DNA from: Podarcis melisellensis
Taxonomy: Eukaryota
Assembly (NCBI GenBank): GCA_964234715.1
Contig: OZ174291.1
Length of the DNA stretch: 64,000 bases
Reading direction: 5' to 3' (one strand)
In this document: positions 14,061 through 24,435 of the stretch, piece after piece
Layout of the letters: every line of letters begins with the position of its first letter
How positions within the stretch are numbered: the first letter of the stretch is position 1
Program-made: the position numbers and the translations under genes
The notes under the pieces: model-generated
What the model was told of the DNA's origin: nothing
The model's database searches: none
What the model saw: the letters and a program-made list of their open reading frames with translations, nothing else

Positions 14061-15423
14061 CCAGACAGCTTCCTCCCCACTGGCGCCTACCAAATTCTTT
14101 GGACTACAATTCCCATCAGCCCCAGCAAGCACTGCGGCGGTCTGACCAGCCCTGTGCTCGCTGAGGCTGATGGGAGTTGTAGTCCAAAGTATTTGCAGGG
14201 CGCCAGGTTGGGTAAATGCTGAACGCTCTTAATTGATTGCGTTGCCTCTATAGTTTCTTCCAAGGAGCTCAAGGTGGTGTACATGGTGCTCCTTGTTTTG
14301 TTTCCAATAAAATATGGATGTTGCAAACATTTGTCCGGATATAAACCAGAGCCACTGTGGGGTAACAGTTAGGGTTTGGGGCGAAGACCTAGGAGAGATC
14401 AGGGTTCGAATCCCCCACCCAGCCATGAAGCTCACTGGCTGACCTTGGGCGCCAGTCACCGTCTCTCAGCCTTAACCTACCTCACAGGGTTGTTGTGTGG
14501 ATGAAATGGGAAGTTGGACAACCATGTAAACCTCCTTGAGCTCCCTGGATGAAAAGCTGGGTTATAAATGGAAGGAATAAAAACAACAATAATTTCAATA
14601 ATGCTGGTGATTCAGTTCTTTTTCCTTTAATAAAAGCTGTCCAGCTTTCTCCTAGCAGCAGGAGGCGTTGCTCAGCTGAGCATGCCAACATCTGGCATTC
14701 ATTAACCAGGTTTTCTCCCTTCTTCTCAGTGGTTTTTAAGGTCTGCCAGATCTCTCAGGTGGTTGGTTTCTCTGCATTTTAACTCCACCTTCTGAGAGGG
14801 AGGCGCTCTGGTTCCTATGGTGATGCGGCAGCCCCTTTCCAGACCTGGAAGCAGCTCTTGCATGGTGAGTCGTTTTTCCTCTCACTCTTTGCCAATATTG
14901 CCCCTTTTTTTGTAAATGCCGAGGGGGGGGGGCAGGGGAAAGCCCCTGGTCTGCTGGGGTGGTGGTGGTGGGGATAGGATCAGACCCCCACCGCCTTGCT
15001 TTTTTGCAAATTATCCAAAGGCCAGCTTAGAGCAAGTGATTCTGCAAGCTGTTCATGGCCACCTTGCAGCTTCAGACTGGCTGAACTAGGGTGATTTCCC
15101 TCCCTACCATCCACATAAGGCTTAAATGGCTCCCCCTCCTCTTTTACCTGTTTGTAACACAAATGCAAAACCCACATAGAGGACATTGCACAGCAGCTTT
15201 CTCCACCATGCTCTTTTTGACGTTCACAAATGAATCCCCACACCTGGAAGAGAAAGCATTGAGAGAGAGAGAGAGACTTAAAGGCACATTTTTACAGTGG
15301 CTAGCCACTTTCGGGGCCAGAGATCCAAATGGTCGTACACAACCACAACCACACACCCCATGCCGCCTTTGCCAACTTGGTGCCCTCCAAGTGTTTTATT
15401 TATTTATTTACGTGACACCATAT

Positions 15424-16120
15424 AAAGGTAAAGGACCCCTGGACAGTTAAGTCCAGTCAAACTTTGTTATGGGGTACGGCACTCTTCTCATTTCAGGCTG
15501 AGGGAGCTGGCGTTTGTCCACAGATAGCTTTCTGGGACTAAACCGCTTTTTTGGGGGGGTTTTTTCTTTTCTTTTAACAGAGTAATAATACTAAATAAAT
15601 AAAAATGTGCACCCCACCCCAAGACCATTCCATTGTAACTATCCAACTGCCCAAAATTTCAACACCTCTTGCGATGGTTTGACCCCTTTCCGTTTTAACA
15701 GTACAAATTCTACAAATACCTTCCACATCTCCTTAAAATAATTTATCCTGAGTCTTCATCGTCTTACCTTAATAGCACATGTTAATTTATCATTAATTGC
15801 TATTTCCCACACCTCTTTATACCATTCTTCCATTTTATATTCACCTTGTCCCTTCCACTTCCTAGCTATAATAACTCGTGCAGCTGTCAATAAATTTGTG
15901 AACAAGTCCTTCATAGCATGCGAACCTCCCACCCCACTGTAAATTGATAATAATTCTGCCTCTGGACCCAGTGATTTCTGTTATCTCCTTAAACACCCTT
16001 TGGCAAAAATTTTGTATATATTTACATCCTGACCACATGTGAACATAAGTCCCAGGACTAAACCGCTTCTGGTGCAACGGGACACCGTGACGAGTGCCAG
16101 AGTGCACGAAAACACTGGTT
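15424..16120 (-). mobile_element. Sauria SINE interrupted by a 5'-truncated L1 (15549-16054, - strand)
   Basis: 14-bp TSD ggactaaaccgctt at 15535-15548 and 16055-16068. The insert encodes L1 ORF2 C-terminal remnants (GTYVHMWSGCKYIQNF...). Confidence 0.8.
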
Positions 16121-17524
16121 TGGTTGGCAGCAGCTTCAGGTGAGGCTGTGTCCTACTGCTACCTAGAGATGCCATTGAGGACTGAACCTGGGACCTTCTG
16201 CATGCAAAGCACATGTTCTACCACTGAGCTACGAAGCCTTCCGCATATTCATAGAATCATAGAACTATAGAGTTGCAAGGGACCATGAGGGTAATCACTT
16301 CCAACCCCTTGCAATGCATGAATCTATTGCCCAACATGGGGCACGAACCCACACCCTAAGAGTCTTGTGCTCTACCAACTGAGCTATTCAGCTCCCCTCA
16401 TCCACAAACCTTGGTCTTGCTGGCTGTGGCTGATGGGAGTTGGGAGTCCATCAACATCTGGAGAGCCATGAATGTTCCCCAGCCCTAGTGTATGACTTTT
16501 CCTAAGGAATGCCAAGTGAGAGCCATCAGGCCCTGACACTCCCCTCCAACATGGTGCCCTTCAGATGCTTTGGAACATGACTCCTGTAGGCTGGAGAAGA
16601 CTGCTCTTCTCCTTAAGAGGTTTGCAAAACAAAGCTGTTCCGGAAAAGACTTTTGGCTGAATGCTCTTGGGTTAGTTTTGGTGTCTTGCCGCTATGCCCA
16701 GACTTCGTTCCTGGTGTTGGTTTCTAATCCTGATATTTTACAGCTGCTGGTGGGGTTGTTGTTTTTTAGGAATGGTGGGCGTGACATAGGCTTTTAAATA
16801 TTGTATGGCATTTCCTGCTTTGTTAGCCTCCTAAGTTCATTTTGGATCATGAGTTTTAAATTAACATTATGACAGACGGGGGACTTGCATAATGACAGAC
16901 AGGACCATTGCGGTTTGCTAACTGAAGTTGTTTTCCAGCTGAGCCTCTGGAATGGCACGAGGCGGCCAGGGAAACGGTTAAAGTGAGTTAAAATATAATC
17001 CAAATGGATAAAGGCATGTTCACTGTGGAATGAGGCCCTCGCAAAGGGAGTCCCCCCTGTGCCCTCTTTCTGGGCTATTGTAAGCTCAGAATACCACTCA
17101 CTTCTACTATGGCAACATCCTGGCAATATCCTTTATCCATGAAAGGCCTTGCTGTTTTATTATTCAGGAAAATGCCAGGCTCACCAGCCAACAGGCTGCT
17201 AACTTCCTTAGCTTGCAGTCAAGCATGGAACTACTAGTCAAGGAAAACAGACACACCCATAAGTTTTTAGTACAGTCCAGACTAGGAAATTACAGAATTG
17301 GACAAATTCATGGCGGACGAGGCTATCCTTGGCCACCAGCCATGATGGCTCTGCTCTGCCTCAGGGGCAATAAACGTACCCAGTTCTAGGAATACCTTAC
17401 AAAAAAAAAACAACCAACTACTTTTGTCAGGACTTCAGAAAGGCAAGCGTTAAGTGCTGGTGTTGTGTTTCGCTGTCGGCAAGTCCCCTGATATGACCCC
17501 GATATTTTCTGGTTTGTATTGTCA

Positions 17525-18629
17525 TTTTCTTAAAAAAAATGCTTTTTATTAGGTTTTCATTTCAAATACACCAGCACCAACAAGATACACAAATATTTCA
17601 AATCTTTTAACATCTGTCTTACTTTACGCTCCGTAGAGCAGCTGACTTCCCTCCTTCCCTTCCGCAGGTTTTCTTATTCCAATCACTAATCCACAGTTCC
17701 TTAATAATAACTAAACCATGACGTAAGATTTATTTCAGTCCTGCTAACGTCTTCAAATTTCTACAGTTCTCACTTATATAGACCATAAATTTACTCCATT
17801 CTTTTTGGTACTTTGTTTCCTCCTGACTACGAATCCTATGGGTCAGTTTTGCTAATTCCGCGTACTCGACCAACTTTGTCTGCCACTCCTTCACAGTTGG
17901 TATCTCCTGTGTTTTCCTTTTTTTATATATATAAATTTTTTTTATTAAGGTTTTTCAATACAATTGCATATTTAATAAAACAACATTGATTGTTTAACAT
18001 CTTTTCATTACTACTTTGGACTCCCTCACGTCTCCCGCTCCCACTTGCATCATTGTGAAATTGTTTCCAAGCAAATTATCATTTTGTTCACAGTCTTAGA
18101 TTCAATCATTAAAATACAGTCTCTTCCTTTCTCTTAAAAGAAATATATACTTTCCTTATTTCCTTTATACTTAAACTCATATCTAGTTTAGTGGTAGACA
18201 ATTATTTCTACTCTGACATCCTTGTTAACATTCAGCCAAATTACAATACTTTTGTAAATAAATCTTGAATTTCTTCCAGTCTTCTTCAACCCTCTCCTCT
18301 CCTCTCCCAGGTCTCGGATTCCCATGTTTTCCATTTTTTGGGCTATCAAAACTCTGGCAGCTGTCGTAGCATACATATATAATCTTTGGTCCATCTTCTT
18401 AATATCCTCTCCTATCAAACCTAGCAGTAGTTCTTCAGGCTTTTTTGGGAATGTATATTTAAGCATCTTTTTGAATTCATTATAGATCAATTCCCAAAAC
18501 TCTTTCATTTTATCACATGTCCACCACATGTGGTAAAAATCACCATCCTTTTCTTTACATTTCCAACAGATTTTACTACTCGTCCTATACATTTTTGCTG
18601 GTTTGACAGGTGTTAGATACCAGCGATAG
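17525..18629 (-). mobile_element. 5'-truncated L1 containing a second nested L1 3' fragment (17918-18324)
   Basis: ORF2 zinc knuckle CWKCKEKDGDFYHMWWTC and C-terminus WKTQEIPTVKEWQTKL...LAGLK*. Two polyA-signal ends (tttttatt at ~17543 and ~17939). Outer 20-bp and inner 8-bp TSDs. Confidence 0.85.
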
Positions 18630-18669
18630 TTTTCTGGTTTGTATTGTCAGCACCCACTGGATTTGGGCA

Positions 18670-18738
18670 ATGAAGGCCAACTTCCTGCATGTGACGCCAC
18701 CTGTGAGCAGAGACAGAACCATCTCTCACTTCCCCAAG
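18670..18738 (+). CDS. RAB36: RAB36 coding exon 1 (MKANFLHVTPPVSRDRTISHFPK); exon starts at 18651
   Basis: Acceptor ttgtcag at 18650, donor AAG|gtaggc. The PPVSRDR..FPK motif matches the RAB36 N-terminus. Confidence 0.9.
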
Positions 18739-18791
18739 GTAGGCAAACTGTCCTCCTGTGTCCGCTGGGCTCGTTCCCCGACAGCCTGAGG

Positions 18792-19253
18792 CAGTGGTTT
18801 TCAACCAGTGTGCCTTGGCACCCTGGCGTGCCTTGAATGGTGGTCAGAGGTGCCACGGGCAACACCAGCCTCTGCCCCTCTTTCCTTCCCTCCCTCCTCT
18901 GATGCCCTCTTGCATTTCTGCCTCCCAAAGGCTTGCAGGGCTGTTTGTTACAGGAGCAGCCCTGGCTACAAACTACCCAGGCAAATAGTGCCTTTGGGGC
19001 TGGCCAGGGCGGGTGTCCTGTGGGGCAGTGTGAGGAAGCACCTCTTTTTTGTGGGGGGGTGGAGCTCAGAGACCAGGAGCAGCAGCAGTGGCTGCCCAGA
19101 GGACTCCTAAGGAGAGGAGAGAGGAGAGGAGGCTGAGGGAACGGAAGATGTTTGAAAAGCCGGAGGTGCCGGCTCTGCAGGCAAGGGGTGATGTAACTGG
19201 GTCAATGTAGTTGGTCAAGGGAGCCGTGAACCTGAAAAGGTTGAAACCCTCTG
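18792..19253. mobile_element. Non-autonomous hAT DNA transposon
   Basis: TIRs CAGTGGTTTTCAACC / GGTTGAAACCCTCTG with an exact 8-bp TSD gcctgagg (18784-18791, 19254-19261). Confidence 0.85.
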
Positions 19254-19384
19254 GCCTGAGGCATTCCCTAAAACAGATCCTGTCGTACATTTTGCCTTGG
19301 GCCTGGCAATGCTGTCCTAGAAGACTGGCTAGGTGAAGTCCTGGCCCAGCTGATCTCATGCTCCTGCTTCCTGTGTATCTGCAG

Positions 19385-19476
19385 TGGTACACACCCGAGG
19401 CCTGCCTCCAGCTCAAAGATCACTTCCACGCCCAGGTGAGGAGTGCCTGTCGGAGACAGAACACAGGTGCTGTTGG
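19385..19476 (+). CDS. RAB36: RAB36 coding exon 2 (WYTPEACLQLKDHFHAQVRSACRRQNTGAVG)
   Basis: cag| ... GG|gtgagt, 92 nt, phase consistent. Confidence 0.93.
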
Positions 19477-19955
19477 GTGAGTCGTCATCAAGGAGAAATT
19501 ATGCTTTGTGCTGTAACAAGAGTTTCGGTCACAGGCAATGTTTCCTTATGTATTTTGGAACTGACCTGTAATCTTAAGAATATACGTTTTGCAATGTTTC
19601 AAAATTGCTGGGGTGTCAAATGCCTATATAACCTTAAAGTCTAAAAAAATATGATATCTGTTGACAATTTAGAAGGAACGTTGCAGCACAAATAAGATCG
19701 CAAGAGCCTGAAGAAAGGTTCACACAAACGCTTATATCGGGGTTCTGGGGTATTGTATACTGTAATTTATTCATATTATTGTAGAATAATTATTATTTAA
19801 GCATTTTGGTATGTTTTACTCTGCCCTATTTGTATCTCATATATGTGCTCTTTGTAATATTTTTATTGGTCCAAATAGAAGTATTAATCTGATATGGTTC
19901 TTCCATTTCAATGACACTGTGCAATGTGAAAAAAACAACAACATGTGTGTTTCAG

Positions 19956-20021
19956 GCTAAAAATATCAAAAGTGGTTGTGGTGGGAGACCTCTATGTTGG
20001 AAAAACAAGCCTCATCAACAG
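19956..20021 (+). CDS. RAB36: RAB36 coding exon 3, P-loop (LKISKVVVVGDLYVGKTSLINR)
   Basis: G1 motif GDLYVGKT; ttcag| ... AG|gtacaa, 66 nt. Confidence 0.95.
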
Positions 20022-20369
20022 GTACAAATATGTTTTGACATGTAGTTTTAGTGGTGTTTGTCAAAGACTGTCCAAAGTTCCAGCTCGAAGTGCAGCCACT
20101 GACCTCAGTTTATAAGCTGATCAGTTTGCATCGTAGCTTCCACCTGCCTGAAGCAGTGCTTGCGAAGCACTCCTTAAGGATGGTACCAAGAGGAGGAGAC
20201 ACCCCAGGTTACAGTTATGCGTCTCCTCCTGACCCATGCCTGCGAACACAACTCCCAGTCTCTGTTTTTGAGTTCATCCCACTCAGAACTTGGAAAGGCT
20301 CTTACATGCATGTTTAACCACACAGCTTCCTCTCACATACAATGGTTACTAGGGTTTTCTCAGAGAATT

Positions 20370-20705
20370 TATTTAGTACAAGAGACCGGGCCTTTTCTGT
20401 GTTGGCACCCCAATTGTGGGATGCTCTTCCCAGAGAGGCTCACCTGGCGCCATCATTACATGTCTTTAGGTGCCAGGCAAAAACATTACTCTTTACCCAG
20501 GCCCAGGGCTATCAAATAAATCTATGGCCTGTGAAAGTGTGGGGGGGAGAGGACTGTTATGATGATGACTATTTTATTATCTGGCTGATAGTATGCTTTT
20601 TATCCTTGATGTTCTGTAATGTGTTTTTAATGTTGTTCACCCCCCTGGGATCTTTTGATAAAGGGTGGTATATAAAGGGTGGTATATAAATTGAATAAAT
20701 AATAA
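20370..20705 (+). mobile_element. L2 LINE 3' fragment (similar remnants at ~54560-54720 and ~63800-63960)
   Basis: RDRAFSVLAPQLWDALP...AKTLLF is a typical L2 ORF2 C-terminus, followed by an aataaataataat tail. Confidence 0.7.
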
Positions 20706-21022
20706 TAGTGGAATATTTCTTAAATACTACTACTATGTGAAAACTTTTGATTTAAGGCAGGGGTAGCCAACATGTCTTCTTCCCTCGCCTTTTTTTCATT
20801 GCTCTTTCTTTCAAACATCCTCTTGTCAGCATTCCCACACCCTTGTTTATTTTATTTCCTGCCCTTCACCTTAAGGTCCCAGAGCAGGTTATAGAATTAA
20901 AGCACAATATTAAAAACAATCTAAAGCAGCCAATAATAATAATAATAATAATAATAGCAACAATAATAATAGCAACAATAATAACAGCAATAAGGTGTGT
21001 ACTACCCATTTTTCCCTTGCAG

Positions 21023-21124
21023 GTTTTGTAAAGATGTTTTTGACCGGGATTACAAGGCAACCATCGGAGTGGATTTTGAAATTGAGCGTTTTGAGATAGC
21101 TGGAGTTCCATACAATCTTCAGAT
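21023..21124 (+). CDS. RAB36: RAB36 coding exon 4 (FCKDVFDRDYKATIGVDFEIERFEIAGVPYNLQI)
   Basis: Switch I / RabF1 TIGVDF; ttgcag| ... AT|gtaagt, 102 nt. Confidence 0.96.
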
Positions 21125-21681
21125 GTAAGTTGGAAATGAACACGCGGCTCACCATACGTGTGGGATGTTTTAACAGAGCCAGCCAGAATCAAAGAATCAT
21201 AGAACCATAGAGCGGGAAGGAACACAAAGGGTCATCTAGATCAACCCTCTGCAATGCAGGAATCTCAGCTAAGGCATCCATGACAGATGCCCATTCAATC
21301 TCTGTTTTAAAAACTCCAGCGAAGTTTTTAAAGTCCATTCCACTGTTGAACAGCTTTCATTCAGGGGACCAATAATGGCTGAGCGGCCATTATTCATTTT
21401 GAGAAACAGACTTTCTACTGGTTGTAAACCAAGGGGCAGGGGGATCTGTGGGGGTCTTTTCATCTGTTGGCTGGGCTCCAACTCCCCCAGCAGCCAGCGA
21501 GGCCAGTGGCCAGGACGGAAGTGTGATTAAAAAGGAAAAAGGTCATCTTCCAGATGGCATTGTCTCAGGCATCACAATCTTCTTCAGCTTATACTCCTAA
21601 GCCATTTGCTTTATTCCTGGGCTCACTTAGGCCCTTGCTCACCATGACTGATCAAACTTCCCTTATTCCACTCTTGCCCAG

Positions 21682-21746
21682 ATGGGATACAGCCGGCCAG
21701 GAGAAGTTCAAGTGCATTGCATCCGCCTACTACAGAGGAGCAGAAG
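21682..21746 (+). CDS. RAB36: RAB36 coding exon 5 (WDTAGQEKFKCIASAYYRGAE)
   Basis: G3 motif WDTAGQE and YYRGA; cccag| ... G|gtgagt, 65 nt. Confidence 0.97.
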
Positions 21747-22195
21747 GTGAGTCAAAAGCTTTTTTCTTCCTTGCTAGCAGGGCAAAAGCTGACTCCTGGG
21801 GGATGGAGACATTGTTGTTAGCCGCCCTGAGCCCGGCTTCGGCTGGGGAGGGCGGGATATAAATAAAATTTATTATTATTAAATTTATTATTCTCCCATT
21901 TACTCTGCCTCCAGGGCACTGCCGCCGCTGGTTTGGGGAGCCGTGTAGACACGACTTTGCCCCAATCCATAGCTATCCTGTCATTTCTGATTAAATACTG
22001 CATTTTGAAACATTCCCCACCCCCCCAAAAAAAATCTGACTTTGAGGAAAAGAACAACTCGGTTGCATTTTAAGCCAGCCCTGTGTCCCCAGCCTCTTTC
22101 CTTCTGGATGTCTGCTGAGTCAGAACTAAAACGACTCTTTTCTCCTGCCTTCTGGACCTGGAATGTCTCCTAATCCTCTCTTGGTTTCGTTGCAG

Positions 22196-22247
22196 TGATT
22201 ATAACAGTCTTTGATTTGGCCGACATCCAGACATTGGATCACACCAA
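22196..22247 (+). CDS. RAB36: RAB36 coding exon 6 (VIITVFDLADIQTLDHTK)
   Basis: ttgcag| ... AA|gtaagt, 52 nt, phase consistent. Confidence 0.94.
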
Positions 22248-23252
22248 GTAAGTCCTTGCCATTCTTTCTTGCAAAAACTTTCCTGAGGACTGGGGGGGGG
22301 GGGATTAGACAGGCTTAAGCAGGGTGGGCCTGTCAGTGGGTGTGAGCAGGAAGGAGGTGGATAGGGAGAAAACCAAAATGAGTTGGCTCTGGTTCCACTT
22401 CCTGTTCAGTCTCTCTGCCAGTCCCTTCCCACCACCACCACTGGCCACAGGTTTCCCACCCCGATAAATAGAGAGTGTTGGTATTGAGGTTCCGGTCGCA
22501 CTTGCTGAAAGAATGAGGTTCTTATTAGCTCATTGCCTTGTGACACAGAAATTGCTGCTCTTCATGTGAAATGGGTGGCAGACAGTTTCTCTGTGCGCTC
22601 TCTCTCTCTCTCTTTGCTGCTGTCTTGTTTCTGTTTAGCCTTTGACATATTCCCTGGAGGTGCTTGTATTTTCCTGGTGCTGGCACCGTTTATCTGTCCC
22701 ACGGGGCCCTCCCTGCCCGGCTTCCCTCTGGGGTTTTCCGTCTGCACTTGGTAAGGATGGCTAAGTTGCTCACCCCCTTTGGTGGGCCAGACACGAGGCA
22801 TCGCTCCAAGGGGACTGGCAGAGGAGGAGATATTATTTTTTCTCAAGAGGGAAGAGCATATGGTGTGTGTTCCTCTTTCTCTGGTTTCCATTTCCTCTCC
22901 CCTCTGCCCCTTCCTCCTGTTCTCATCATGCTAATCCCCAGTTCCTCTCATTACTGCTTTCCTCCAATGGATCACTTTCTGTACTTTCATATACCACACA
23001 ATCACACCCAAGATCAGGGGTTCTGTTTCAGGATGAATGAAATCGGCCAACATGTGGCTGGTGGACAATGGAGCGTATGGCAGTGAGTTTGCTCAGGGTG
23101 GGAGAATTGTGCGGGAGACGAGGCTGGCCTTCCCCAACTGTAACCCCTTCACGTTTTGGACTACAACTCCCATCAGCCTCAGCCAGCACAGCCAAGGGTC
23201 TGATGGGAGTTGTAGTCCAAAGGCCGAACTAGGCTCTTGCTCACCTGTTTAT

Positions 23253-23515
23253 GAGAGCCAGTGTGGTGTAGTGGTTAAGAGCGGTAGTCTTGTAATCTGG
23301 GGAACCGGGTTCGCGTCTCCGCTCCTCCACATGTAGCTGCTGGGTGACCTTGGGCCAGTCACACTTCTCTGAACTCTCTCAGCCCCACTCACCTCACAGA
23401 GTGTTTGTTGTGGGGGAGGAAGGGAAAGGAGAATGCTAGCCGCTTTGAGACTCCTTAAAGGGAGTGAAAGGCGGGATATCAAATCCAAACTCCTCCTCTT
23501 CTTATTATTATTATT
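23253..23515 (+). mobile_element. tRNA-derived squamate SINE (Squam3-like); near-identical copy at 47931-48193 (-); older relatives at ~14348-14570 and ~43637-43900
   Basis: A box tgtggtgtagtggtt, B-box-like ggttcgcgtctcc, simple-repeat tail. Confidence 0.75.
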
Positions 23516-23865
23516 CAAGGACCAATCCTAACACGGAGAACAATATCAGGTGGTCAGTTACAAGCAAGCAGTGCTGGCTTCCCACTTCGGAAATGGCTGA
23601 TAAATCCTTATATCTAGCATGTCAATATCATAAGTTGCTTATTTATTCATATTTTCAGCTCTGAAAAGAGTATTAATACTGCCATGTGCAGTTGGCCCAA
23701 GCTACTGCTGATGAGAACAGAATTTTGTAGGGCTTCCCCCTCCATCAACATTATATTTCTTTCTCTTCTGGCTAATGGAGGCTTCCCGTGCACCATTCCT
23801 TTAAAACACATTTAATGCCCATTCTCCTTCCTTGCAAAATTCTGGAAACTGTCGTTTGTTTAAGG

Positions 23866-24001
23866 CAGTGATGGCCAAACTTGTCCCTCCAGCTGTTTTT
23901 GGACTACAACTCCCATCATCCCTAGCTAACAGGACCAGTCGTCAGGGATGATGGGAATTGTAGTCCCAAAACAGCTGAAGGGTCAAGTTTGGCCATCACT
24001 G
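23866..24001. mobile_element. 136-bp palindromic hAT MITE
   Basis: The whole element is an inverted repeat (cagtgatggccaaac...gtttggccatcactg), with an exact 8-bp TSD gtttaagg. Confidence 0.88.
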
Positions 24002-24353
24002 GTTTAAGGGTACCGTGAATTCTAGCTCTGTGATGATTCCCAGGATTCTGTTTGAGTTTTGTGTGCTTTAAATGTATGGGGTGTGTATGCAGCCCCCATT
24101 CCCTCCAGAATTCTCCACACTGGGCTGATCCCTTGTCATTTTTCATCCTACGCAAACTGCCTTGTGCAGCATCAGCATTATATCATTTATACTCTACCCA
24201 TCTGGCTGTGTTGCCACAGTCACATCTGGGCAGCTTCCAGTACATATAATAGCATAATAAAACATCAAACATTAAAAGCATTTACATGAAACTCAGCCAT
24301 CTTGTGCATTCTAAATCCTTCATACATTTCCTCTGTCCTCCTCGTTTTTTCAG

Positions 24354-24435
24354 GCAGTGGCTAGAGGATGCATTGAGGGAGAATGAACCAGGCTCCAGCT
24401 TCGTCTTCCTCGTTGGAACAAAAAAAGATTTAGTG
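24354..24435 (+). CDS. RAB36: RAB36 coding exon 7 (QWLEDALRENEPGSSFVFLVGTKKDLV)
   Basis: G4 variant TKKD as in RAB34/36; ttcag| ... GTG|gtaagt, 82 nt. Confidence 0.96.

Noticed and set aside
16165-16232. tRNA-like sequences (also ~59942-60000 and 61748-61810)
   Set aside because: Degenerate SINE heads with broken stems, continuous with SINE bodies; not tRNA genes.
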